This document shows positions 1 through 8,710 of a stretch of 64,000 bases of DNA, in pieces (position 1 is the stretch's first letter; every line of letters begins with the position of its first letter). The notes beneath the pieces were generated by a model. It saw only the letters and a program-made list of their open reading frames with translations, had not been told where the DNA came from and made no database searches. Made by a program: the position numbers and the translations under genes. The DNA is taken from assembly GCA_963771465.1 (NCBI GenBank), contig CAVYTU010000014.1, forward strand, positions 352,001 to 416,000, read 5' to 3'. The stretch is from an uncultured delta proteobacterium. Lineage in GTDB: Bacteria > Desulfobacterota > Binatia > UBA9968.

Positions 1-44
1 TTCGACAATGACCGCGCTCGATCCCGTCGATTAGAATTTTACCC

Positions 45-1484
45 ATGGCCGATCAAACATCTTGGGGCGCGCTGCCACCGTTCAAAAAGGCGCCCCTGCC
101 GCCCATGCCGGGCATGCTGCGAACCTTGGGCCCCGGCGTAGTTTTTATGGCGCTGGCGCAGGGCAGCGGCGAGCTGATCTTTTGGCCGTATACCATCGCC
201 AAGTACGGCCTGACGTTTTTGTTTCTGCTCATCCCGGCTTGTCTGCTCCAGTTTCCCGTGATCTACGAGATCGGCCGCTACACGATGCTGACCGGCGAGA
301 GCATCTTCCAAGGTTTTATTCGGCTCAATCGTCATTTTGCGTTTGTTCTCTGGGTTTTAATGGCGCTCTCGTTCCTTTGGTTTGGCGCCTTCGCCGCCGC
401 CGGCGGCACTTCGATCGCGGCGCTCACCAATTATCCCGCTGGCTGGTCGCGTCGAGAACAGACGCTATTTTGGGCGTACGCGACTATGGCGTTGTTCCTC
501 GCCGCCATCTTGCTCAGCAAAGTAATTTACAAACTCATTGAAGCGTTCATGTGGGGCGTGGCGATCTTCACCTTGGTCGGTCTCATGTGGGCCAGTGCGA
601 ACGTCGAAGTGCTCGCCGCGCTGCCGGCCTTTCTCAAAGGACTTGTGATTCCTGAGTGGCCGATGCCGCGGCCGTGGGACCCAGCGGACGCGACGAAATT
701 GCTAACCGCCATTACCTTTGCCGGCCTCGGCGGTTTCTGGACGCTTTTTTATTCCTACTGGCTGCGCGATAAGGGCGCCGGCATGGCGCATTACATGGGA
801 CGACTCACCGGGCCAATCACCGGCAAACCCGAGGCGATTCCTGACTCAGGCTCACTGCCGACAAATGACGAAGGACTCGCCCATGTCCGGCACTGGAACC
901 GTTTCATGTTCTGGGACATCGGCATCGGCGTCATCGGCAATCTCATCACCACGCTGCTCACCTGTCTACTCGCCTATGCGTTGCTCTTTCCCAAAGGTCT
1001 GCTACCCCAAGGTTACGAAATCGCCGTGGTGCAAAGCCGCTTCTTCGAAGCGAGCTGGGGTTGGTGGGGAAAAGTCTTTTTTCTAGTCATCGCCGCGGCA
1101 TTTCTCTCCGACACCTGGCTCGCCACTGTCGACGCGGTGAGTCGAACCCATGCCGATTGTGTCTACGGCTTTTTTCCCGGTAGTCATAAAATCGCTTACC
1201 GCAAATGGTATCTGTTTTTTCTGTTGCTTCTGACCGTCATCACCGGCGTCACCGTGCAACTCAACGAACCCGGCACGCTGATCTTGATTTCCGCCGTGAT
1301 CGGCTTCGTCGGCACGGTGATTTATTCCGTCGCGCTGATCTTGCTCAATCACGTCTACCTGCCGCGTCATCTACCCAGCGCAGCCAGGCCGGGCAAGCTC
1401 AATTTCTTTTTTATGCTGATCTCCTGCGCGGCGTACTTTGTCCTTGCCACGCTCTACGTACTAACGGTTCTGGAGATCATCTAA
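45..1484 (+). CDS. Nramp/MntH-related (YcsG-like) APC-fold membrane transporter
   Basis: 479 aa with about 11 hydrophobic helices; TM1 motif GPGVVFMALAQGSGELIFWP and GRYTMLTGES typical of Nramp-related permeases; no DPGN motif. Confidence 0.7.
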   Translation: MADQTSWGALPPFKKAPLPPMPGMLRTLGPGVVFMALAQGSGELIFWPYTIAKYGLTFLFLLIPACLLQFPVIYEIGRYTMLTGESIFQGFIRLNRHFAFVLWVLMALSFLWFGAFAAAGGTSIAALTNYPAGWSRREQTLFWAYATMALFLAAILLSKVIYKLIEAFMWGVAIFTLVGLMWASANVEVLAALPAFLKGLVIPEWPMPRPWDPADATKLLTAITFAGLGGFWTLFYSYWLRDKGAGMAHYMGRLTGPITGKPEAIPDSGSLPTNDEGLAHVRHWNRFMFWDIGIGVIGNLITTLLTCLLAYALLFPKGLLPQGYEIAVVQSRFFEASWGWWGKVFFLVIAAAFLSDTWLATVDAVSRTHADCVYGFFPGSHKIAYRKWYLFFLLLLTVITGVTVQLNEPGTLILISAVIGFVGTVIYSVALILLNHVYLPRHLPSAARPGKLNFFFMLISCAAYFVLATLYVLTVLEII

Positions 1485-1586
1485 GCCGCGCGATTTCTTC
1501 TATCTGTGACTGTCTCCATCGTCGATTAATGGATTTGCTGCCACCGAGCTGTTACCCTAAGCCGAAGTTTTATCGGAGGAATCAGC

Positions 1587-2237
1587 TTGACGGAAATCAT
1601 GAATTGGATCATGGACTCCATCCGCGCTTACGGCGCATGGAGTGTATTCGCCGGCGTGATTATCGAGTCGGTGATCGTCCCGATCCCCTCGCCGCTGATC
1701 ATCATGGGCGCGGGTTTCATACTGATCAGCGCCGATTTGAAATTTTTCGAAGCGCTGACGCCGATCCTAGTGCAAATCGTTTTACCCGGTGCCATCGCTT
1801 CGACACTCGGCGCTTACATCGGCTATGCCATCGGTTACTACGGCGGCAAGCCAATGGTCGATCGCTGGGAGCGCTTTTTAGGATTTAGTTGGCGCGACGT
1901 CGAGGCGCTGGAGCGCCGTTTCAAGGGCGGGCAGATAATCACCTCGATTTTTCTTCTGCGCGCGTTGCCAATATTTCCCCTTTCGGTGATCTCCGCAGCG
2001 GCGGGTTTGCTACGGCTACCGCTCAAGCAGTTTAGTCTTTGGACGTTTTACGGCACCATTCCGCGTTGCCTGTTTCTCGGCTATCTGGGCTGGGGGATGG
2101 GTGAAACATATCAAGGCATAGCCAAAGGCATCGACAAGGCGGAAGGCATTGTTTCAGGTTTGATAATCGTCGCGATCATCGCGGCGATCATCTGGTTGCG
2201 CGCCCGGGTGCGCGGCAAGATTCTCGACAACGGCTAA
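1587..2237 (+). CDS. DedA family membrane protein
   Basis: IESVIVPIPSPLI, GAYIGYAIGYYGG and RALP motifs; GGAGG at 1575-1579 supports the TTG start. Confidence 0.9.
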   Translation: MTEIMNWIMDSIRAYGAWSVFAGVIIESVIVPIPSPLIIMGAGFILISADLKFFEALTPILVQIVLPGAIASTLGAYIGYAIGYYGGKPMVDRWERFLGFSWRDVEALERRFKGGQIITSIFLLRALPIFPLSVISAAAGLLRLPLKQFSLWTFYGTIPRCLFLGYLGWGMGETYQGIAKGIDKAEGIVSGLIIVAIIAAIIWLRARVRGKILDNG

Positions 2238-2478
2238 GTCTCCACCAGCAATTTGGATGATTGCACCCGCCGAGCGCGGTGTGAGCCTGGAGGAACGAAG
2301 GCACCGGCGCAAATGTTTCATTTTAGACTCGGCATTCGCCACATTGTTTGAACATTTCGCTGCTGATCTCAAAAACAAGTCAGCCCGCTGACGTCTACAA
2401 GGCACAGCTGTTTTGCCTTCGTTCTGGAAGGTTCGCGCCGCGCTCGGCGCGTCACTTTTCAACTGCGGAACGTGCGGA

Positions 2479-3189
2479 CTAAATCCAGCCCAACTCCGAA
2501 GCGATCTCCCTACCGAGAAAGAGCCCGAAGCCGATGCTGGCGACACCGGCAATCACACGAATCCAACGGTTCATCAGTGTAAAGCGCTGTGCGGTGAGAA
2601 TAAACGGCAGGCTTATGATACCGCTTAAAAGCAGCATCCCGCCGACTGAACCCAGACCGAAGATGACGATATAAATTAAACCGCTCCACGGCGACTCAAT
2701 GGTCGAGAGCACCAGCAACATCAACGCCGCGCTGCCGGCCAAGCCATGCACCATGCCGACGATAAAGGGCCGGCGCATCGCGTTTAAAGGGTGAGGATGG
2801 TGGTGGTTCTGCTGGGGATTTTCATGGACGTGGAAATGGGTGTGGGTTTGCGGATTGTGACTATGGGTGTGCAGATGCACCCGCTCAGCACCGAAGCTTT
2901 TGCGCAGCACGTTAACGCCGAGGAACACCAGCATCAGCGCCACCGCGAACTCTAATCCCAAACCCAGCCGCGGCGGTATCGCGATGCGTAAACTAATAAC
3001 GATCGAGTCCGACCAAGAACAAAGTCGTCGTATGGCCGAGCCCCCAAAAAGCCCCATGAGAGAGGCCCACTTGAAACTTTTCTGCTCGCTGACAATCGTC
3101 GACACCGCGATCAAATGATCGGGATCGAGCGCATGCTGAATGCCCAATAACAAGCCTAAGCCGAATGCGGCAAAAAGTGATGCTTCCAT
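2479..3189 (-). CDS. High-affinity nickel/cobalt transporter (NicO/UreH-like) with an internal compensated frameshift
   Basis: HALDPDH motif, His-rich loop HLHTHSH..HTHFHVH..HHHPHP, GMVHGLAGSAAL; start moved to ATG at 3189; the WGLGHT motif lies in an alternative frame at about 3004-3050. Confidence 0.85.
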   Translation of the reverse strand: MEASLFAAFGLGLLLGIQHALDPDHLIAVSTIVSEQKSFKWASLMGLFGGSAIRRLCSWSDSIVISLRIAIPPRLGLGLEFAVALMLVFLGVNVLRKSFGAERVHLHTHSHNPQTHTHFHVHENPQQNHHHPHPLNAMRRPFIVGMVHGLAGSAALMLLVLSTIESPWSGLIYIVIFGLGSVGGMLLLSGIISLPFILTAQRFTLMNRWIRVIAGVASIGFGLFLGREIASELGWI

Positions 3190-3269
3190 GGTGATAATAC
3201 TAGACGGAAAGGCGAGATAGAGACGCAAGCCTCCTCCCAATCTCGAGTCCCTATCTCTACTTAAATTCT

Positions 3270-3701
3270 CTATCGATCCGGTAGGCGCTGGCCTGTCTGC
3301 GTGCCGATCCATACCTCGCCACCCTGGTATACTTCCTTTTTCCAGATCGGCACGGTCTTCTTAATTTCTTCAATGGCAAACCGGCTGGCTGCAAAGGCCG
3401 CGTCGCGATGCGCCGACGAGACTACAATGACGACACTCGCTTCGCCGATTTGCACGGGGCCCAGTCGATGCAAGATCGCCATGCGGCAGATCGGCCAGTT
3501 CTTCGCGGCGTCAGTGCCGATGCGCGCCAATTCTTTTTCGGCCATCTCGGGATAGGCTTCGTAGTCGAGCGCAATCACCCGGCGGCCTTCGTTATTATTG
3601 CGCGTCGTACCGATAAACGTCGCGATCGCGCCGGCCTCAGGATCGATGACGTAATCGACCATTTTTTGCAAATCGATCGCTTGGTTGGTAACGCGAAACA
3701 T
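3270..3701 (-). CDS. moaE: Molybdopterin synthase catalytic subunit
   Basis: GAIATFIGTTR, YEAYPEMA, HRLG, SAHRDAAF, PIWKKE. Confidence 0.95.
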   Translation of the reverse strand: MFRVTNQAIDLQKMVDYVIDPEAGAIATFIGTTRNNNEGRRVIALDYEAYPEMAEKELARIGTDAAKNWPICRMAILHRLGPVQIGEASVVIVVSSAHRDAAFAASRFAIEEIKKTVPIWKKEVYQGGEVWIGTQTGQRLPDR

Positions 3702-3707
3702 CTTGGC

Positions 3708-3953
3708 TCAACCTCCGCTCACCGGCGGAATAAATACCACTTCATCCTGATCTTTGAGCGCCTGATCGACACCAACGTAATTCTGATTGACTGCGTAAAG
3801 CATACGAATCCCGGGCACGTCGAGTTTGCCATAATCCTTCTGCAATTCGCGCCACAGATCGGCCACCGAACTACCGTCGGCCATTTCTTTAACCAATTCG
3901 GCGGTTCCGGCGCGTTCTCGTAATATTGCGAAAAACTTGACGCGAACTTTCAT
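3708..3953 (-). CDS. moaD: Molybdopterin synthase sulfur carrier subunit
   Basis: 81 aa ubiquitin-like; VKFFAILRE, AVNQNYV, C-terminal PPVSGG. Confidence 0.95.
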   Translation of the reverse strand: MKVRVKFFAILRERAGTAELVKEMADGSSVADLWRELQKDYGKLDVPGIRMLYAVNQNYVGVDQALKDQDEVVFIPPVSGG

Positions 3954-4453
3954 TTGCCCTGAAGTTGCGAAACCATGTGGCGGATTTCCGGCAAGATTAA
4001 TTTTTCCATCGCCAAAGTCACCGCACCCTTCGAGCCGGGCAACGAGATCAACACCTTGCCGCGTACCGTGCCGGCCGCCGCCCGGCTCATGATTGCCGCC
4101 GAACCGATGTCCAAGTAACTCAGGTAACGGAACAGCTCGCCGAAACCGTCGAGCTTTTTTTCCAGGAAGCGGTTCACCACTTCAAACGTTCCATCGCGCG
4201 GCGATATCCCAGTGCCGCCGTTGACAATCACTGCGTCGGCATCGCCGCCCAGCGCTTCATTGAGCAACCCTTCGATCTCTGCCGGCTCGTCCTTGACGAT
4301 CCGATAGCCGGTGGTCTGATGGCCTTGGTCAACCAAGAACTGCTTGATCGTCTGACCGCTGGTGTCGGTCGCCTCATCGCGCGTATCGCTGACGGTGATA
4401 ACGAAACAGCCAATACTCTTTTTGCCTTTTTCCTTATGTTCATGCACGGACAT
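3950..4453 (-). CDS. moaB: MoaB/MogA molybdenum cofactor biosynthesis protein
   Basis: ITVSDTR, NGGTGISPRDGT, GFGELFR, SLPGS; start at ATG 4453. Confidence 0.9.
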   Translation of the reverse strand: MSVHEHKEKGKKSIGCFVITVSDTRDEATDTSGQTIKQFLVDQGHQTTGYRIVKDEPAEIEGLLNEALGGDADAVIVNGGTGISPRDGTFEVVNRFLEKKLDGFGELFRYLSYLDIGSAAIMSRAAAGTVRGKVLISLPGSKGAVTLAMEKLILPEIRHMVSQLQGK

Positions 4454-4594
4454 GGCCAAACTCCTGACAAAATCTCCATCAAACCTTAGCAACACCTATC
4501 GTGATTTCAAAGATGGGTCAAACCACCGTCGGCGAGAGTGCAATCACGCGCCCTGGCGGTTGCGAGCGCGGGTGTCGGCGCATATGATACGTAA

Positions 4595-5752
4595 ATGTTG
4601 GCGCCATTTTCTCTCTACATCCACATCCCTTACTGCATCAGCAAGTGCCCCTATTGCGATTTCAATTCTCACGTCGTGGCCGAAATCCCCGAGGCGAAAT
4701 ATACCGACGCCTTGCTGCGCGAGCTGGAATATCATGGTGCGGACGAAGCCTGGCGCGACCGCACCGTGCAGAGCATCTTTTTCGGCGGCGGTACGCCCTC
4801 GACTTTCAAACCGGGAAGCATTGGCAAGCTGTTGGCCTGGGTCGCGGCAACGTTCCCGATCAATGCCGATTGCGAAATCACCATGGAAGCCAATCCGGGC
4901 ACGGTCGACGCAGCCTACTTTGCCGGTTATCGCGATGCCGGGGTTAATCGCATCAGCGTCGGCGTGCAGTCGTTTCAGCCGAGATTACTAAAACTCCTGG
5001 GGCGGATTCACGACGCTGAGGAAGCGAAGACGGCGTTGAAGGTCGTCAAGCAAGCCGGCTTCGACAACTTCAGCTTCGATCTGATCTACGCTAACCCCGG
5101 ACAGACGTTGGCAGAATTGGCCAATGACTTGGACACGGCGCTGGAATTTCAACCGCCGCATTTGTCCGCTTACAATCTTACCTTCGAGGAAGGCACGCCG
5201 TTTCATCACGAGTACCGCGCGGGAAGAATGGCGAACCTGAGCGAAGATGAAGAGATCGCCATGGCGGAATTGATCGAGTGTAAACTCAGCGCTGGCGGTT
5301 TGAAGCGTTATGAAATCTCCAACTACGCCCGTTCTTGGTTTCACTCGCGCCACAACGTCAACTACTGGCGCGCCGGCGATTATCTCGGTCTCGGCGCCGG
5401 CGCGCACAGCTACAAGCGAAATCCAGACGGTGTGACCGGTAAACGCTGGAGTGATGAAAAAAATCCTGGGCGCTACATGGCTCAAGTCGCGGAATCGCAG
5501 CATGGCGTCATCGACCAGGAAGAAATAGATTCACAGAAGGCTGCAGGCGAGTTCATGTTTCTCGGTTTGCGGATGACCGAGGGCATAGCGACGGACGTGT
5601 TTTGCGCACAATTTGGTAAGTTGCCCGAGGATTTCTATCCGCGCATCAAAATTTGGACAGAAGGTGGTTTTCTTGAAGAGCAAGGCGGCCACCTTAAACT
5701 GACCGCAAAAGGTTTGATGCTGGCGAATTCAATTTTCGTCGAATTCATGTAG
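4595..5752 (+). CDS. hemW: Radical SAM heme chaperone (HemN-like)
   Basis: LYIHIPYCISKCPYCDFNS (CxxxCxxC), FGGGTPS, YEISNY, HNVNYW. Confidence 0.92.
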   Translation: MLAPFSLYIHIPYCISKCPYCDFNSHVVAEIPEAKYTDALLRELEYHGADEAWRDRTVQSIFFGGGTPSTFKPGSIGKLLAWVAATFPINADCEITMEANPGTVDAAYFAGYRDAGVNRISVGVQSFQPRLLKLLGRIHDAEEAKTALKVVKQAGFDNFSFDLIYANPGQTLAELANDLDTALEFQPPHLSAYNLTFEEGTPFHHEYRAGRMANLSEDEEIAMAELIECKLSAGGLKRYEISNYARSWFHSRHNVNYWRAGDYLGLGAGAHSYKRNPDGVTGKRWSDEKNPGRYMAQVAESQHGVIDQEEIDSQKAAGEFMFLGLRMTEGIATDVFCAQFGKLPEDFYPRIKIWTEGGFLEEQGGHLKLTAKGLMLANSIFVEFM

Positions 5753-5788
5753 CCTGAGTGAGTTCTCACTGAGCAGGAAAGGAGCGCC

Positions 5789-6967
5789 ATGGCGTTAATC
5801 GATAACCTAAACACGATTCGCATCGATCATATCGGCAGCCTCGTTCGTCCGGCAAGACTCAAAGACGTCTTCGCCCACTCCGATCGCGGCCAAGCAGCGA
5901 AGCAGGAATTGTCGCAGGCGCAAGACGAAGCGATCCGCGATGTCATTGCCAAGCAAGAGGCTCACGGCTTCCCGGTCGTCACCGACGGTGAGTTTCGCCG
6001 CCACAGCTTCCAAGAAAGCTTTTCCGAGTGCGTCACCGGATTTGATGTGCCAAAGAATATCGGCCTCTACTATGAAAAGCGCGATTTGAATGAGAACCCG
6101 CTCGAGCGCGCCGAGCAAAACTTCGAAGAAGCCGGCCCAGCGATCATCACCCGGCGCGGCGCGTTCGAACGCTTGAAACTCGTACGCAACCTGACGCTAG
6201 AAGAATACCGCTACGCAGCGAGCGTCGCCAAAGTTCCGGCCAAAGTCACGCTGCTTGGTCCCGATCGTATCGCCCAGCGCTTCAAGTGGGAAGCGTCGTT
6301 GAATGTTTACAAAGGCCTCGACGATTTTGTCGAACATCTCGTCGTAATCGAGCGGCAGATCATCGCGGAATTGGTAAAAGCCGGCTGCAAGTACATTCAA
6401 ATCGATGCCCCCGGTTACACCGCCTACGTCGATAAAGTTTCGCTGGAAAGAATGCGCTCCCGTGGCGAAGATCCCGAGCGCAATCTCCAACGCTCCATCG
6501 ACGCGGACAATGCCATAATCGCAGGCTTCTCCGATGTGACCTTCGGCATCCATATTTGCCGCGGCAACGCCAGAACCATCGATCCCCAAACCGGCAAACT
6601 CGTCCCCCAATGGCATCGCGAAGGCTCCTATGACGCCATCGCCGAAAAACTTTTTAACACACTCAAGCACCAACGTTTGCTGCTGGAATACGACAGCGAC
6701 CGCGCCGGCAGTTTTGAGCCGCTGCGTCTGGTTCCAAAAGATAAAATTGTCGTCCTCGGTTTGGTCTCGACCAAGAACTCCGACATGGAAAGCGTCGACG
6801 CTTTAAAGCGCCGCATCGATCAAGCCAGCAAATATCTGCCCGTCAATCAACTCGCGTTGAGTCCGCAATGTGGCTTCGGCGGCATTGATTCGAAAGTGTT
6901 GAGCGAAGATGAGATGTGGCGAAAGCTGGATACGATCGTCGAGACGGTAAAGCAGGTGTGGAATTGA
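5789..6967 (+). CDS. Cobalamin-independent methionine synthase II family protein (single C-terminal barrel)
   Basis: DHIGSL, VTDGEFRR, YIQIDAP; Zn ligands HICRGN, LLEYD, SPQCGF; 392 aa. Confidence 0.85.
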   Translation: MALIDNLNTIRIDHIGSLVRPARLKDVFAHSDRGQAAKQELSQAQDEAIRDVIAKQEAHGFPVVTDGEFRRHSFQESFSECVTGFDVPKNIGLYYEKRDLNENPLERAEQNFEEAGPAIITRRGAFERLKLVRNLTLEEYRYAASVAKVPAKVTLLGPDRIAQRFKWEASLNVYKGLDDFVEHLVVIERQIIAELVKAGCKYIQIDAPGYTAYVDKVSLERMRSRGEDPERNLQRSIDADNAIIAGFSDVTFGIHICRGNARTIDPQTGKLVPQWHREGSYDAIAEKLFNTLKHQRLLLEYDSDRAGSFEPLRLVPKDKIVVLGLVSTKNSDMESVDALKRRIDQASKYLPVNQLALSPQCGFGGIDSKVLSEDEMWRKLDTIVETVKQVWN

Positions 6968-6997
6968 CGACGTCGAACGCGGCCTCGATGCCGCAAA

Positions 6998-7299
6998 TTA
7001 GCAACAGCCTGGTGGAGTAGGAATCTGCGTTTTGCTGGCGTATCCAATGACAAAAAAAAGCTCGGCAAAACGTTACAAAGTAGCTGGACTAAATAGACGC
7101 GACGTTGAGATGATGAGAGAGAGTTGACAAAGAGATTCGCAAATAGCGAGAAGCCAGTTAGTAAAATAACCCCGATCGAGAATATTCCCCAAAAGAATAA
7201 AATCGACGGTGAGATATTCCCGAACATTCCCGAAAATAATAATGAACCAAGAATACCGAACGCACATAATGCGTATTCATGAACGGTTATCTTCTGCAC
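6998..7299 (-). CDS. Small AT-rich 3-TM membrane protein, probably frameshifted at an A8 run
   Basis: Three hydrophobic segments; adding one base at the A8 run 7052-7059 gives ...NVLPSFFFVIGYASKTQIPTPPGCC* ending at 6998 and removes the overlap with the convergent gene. Confidence 0.45.
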
Positions 7300-7321
7300 A
7301 TTTCTAATTCCAACCCTGTTT

Positions 7322-7604
7322 TCAACTATCCGGCCTCGCGCTACTCAACCACTCCTCATGCACATCGACCCAGATCGTATCCGTATCATGGCAGGTCGAC
7401 ACTTCGCTCAAGATCGAATTTAACAGTGTAGAGCGGCTTATGGATGCCGCGGTGATCTCTGATATTTTCGAGGACTCCGTGGACTAGGCCGATGACGCCG
7501 CGTTTGCCGCGTATATAACGTGGCGTGCGCGGGTTGCCGGTGGGATTTTCGTGGGCGACCATGACGGCGTCGCCGATTTTGTATTTGCTAATCGTGTCGC
7601 TCAT
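7322..7604 (-). CDS. Nitrile hydratase beta C-terminal SH3-like domain protein (thiocyanate hydrolase alpha-like), with one extra base
   Basis: YKIGDAVMV, GNPRTPRYIRGKRGVI, PLYTVKFDL; the expected tail DTIWVDVHEEWL continues in another frame after an extra base at about 7409-7412. Confidence 0.8.
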
Positions 7605-7612
7605 AACAATTC

Positions 7613-8686
7613 TCAATCGGGCCGCACGCGCGGCATCTCAGCTTCGACGTGGGCGGCTTCTCGCTCGCGTAACTGCGAGGGTTCCAACGCGTAGCCCGCG
7701 CCAATCAAACTGTCGACGGTGACGAGCTTGGCCAATTCTGGTTCAGACATTCCTTCGGTGCCTTCGGGACGCTGCGGCAGGACGAAGTAGCGCACGTCGG
7801 AGGTGCTGTCCCACACTTGCAGCTCTTTGCCGGCGGGAATTTCTAGCTGAAACATGTCTCTGACGCAGGCGCGTGGGTTCTGCACGATGTTGGTCCGATA
7901 GCTTTCATGCTTGTACCACCACGGCGTGTCGCCGAGGATGTCATACGGATAACAGGAGCATAAGGTGCAGACGATGACATTGTGCAGCTTGTCGGTGTTC
8001 TCGACCACGACGAGTTTGCCGACTTTGCCTTGATGCACGCCCATATCTCTGAGCGCTTCCCGGCCAGTCGTAAGCAACGCCTGTTTAAAATCTGGATCGG
8101 TCCACGCCTTGGCAACGATCACGCCGCCGGACCAGGGACGCTCCTGGTGTAATTGTTTCCAGCGCTGTGCTAAATCGTCGCGCGTCGCCCAACCGCGCCT
8201 GATCAACGCCTGGACAAACACTTCGAGCAACTCCTGGTAATCTTTTAGATCTTGCTCGACGCCCGCCATGCGCTCTGCGAGCGCGCCGTGGTGTTCTTTC
8301 TTTTTGATCTTGAAAAAATCGTCGTAGTCGCCACGCTCCTTGCGGTTGTCCTCGGTCACCATGTCCATGCCTTCGACCGTGCGCGCGGAAACCAAAGCGA
8401 TGCCTTTGACGTATTCGTCAAGCCACTCTTCGAGATAGCGCACGCGCGCTTCGATGTTTTTCCCCTGGGGTCTAGCGATCTTAAAGAAGTGATCTTTCTT
8501 TTTAAGCGCGCTGCGCACCTTGAGCAGATCGTAAAACGTCACTACATTACGCCGCAGCAAGTAGAAAATACGCGGCTCGAAGCGTTTGGCGCGGTAATAT
8601 TCCAAATCTTCTTCGACGGCTTTGATATGCGCGAGGTAATCGTGCATATGGCCTTCGAACGGTTTGTGTCCGTGCTTTCCCGACAT
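7613..8686 (-). CDS. Nitrile hydratase alpha / thiocyanate hydrolase gamma-like subunit (Co-type) with long N-terminal extension
   Basis: VAKAWTDPDFK, VCTLCSCYP metal motif, VWDSTSDVRYFVLPQRPEGTEG; 357 aa versus about 200 aa for typical alpha subunits. Confidence 0.9.
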   Translation of the reverse strand: MSGKHGHKPFEGHMHDYLAHIKAVEEDLEYYRAKRFEPRIFYLLRRNVVTFYDLLKVRSALKKKDHFFKIARPQGKNIEARVRYLEEWLDEYVKGIALVSARTVEGMDMVTEDNRKERGDYDDFFKIKKKEHHGALAERMAGVEQDLKDYQELLEVFVQALIRRGWATRDDLAQRWKQLHQERPWSGGVIVAKAWTDPDFKQALLTTGREALRDMGVHQGKVGKLVVVENTDKLHNVIVCTLCSCYPYDILGDTPWWYKHESYRTNIVQNPRACVRDMFQLEIPAGKELQVWDSTSDVRYFVLPQRPEGTEGMSEPELAKLVTVDSLIGAGYALEPSQLREREAAHVEAEMPRVRPD

Positions 8687-8710
8687 CGGATTTCCTCCAA
8701 ATATATCCCG

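Noticed and set aside
2400-2417. GGCAC...TTGC sigma54-like site
   Set aside because: GG to GC spacing is 12, not the required 10, and it lies between convergent genes
7386-7388. TGA of the SH3 ORF as selenocysteine
   Set aside because: Read-through gives YGYDLGRCA*, which fits nothing; the family motif is in a shifted frame
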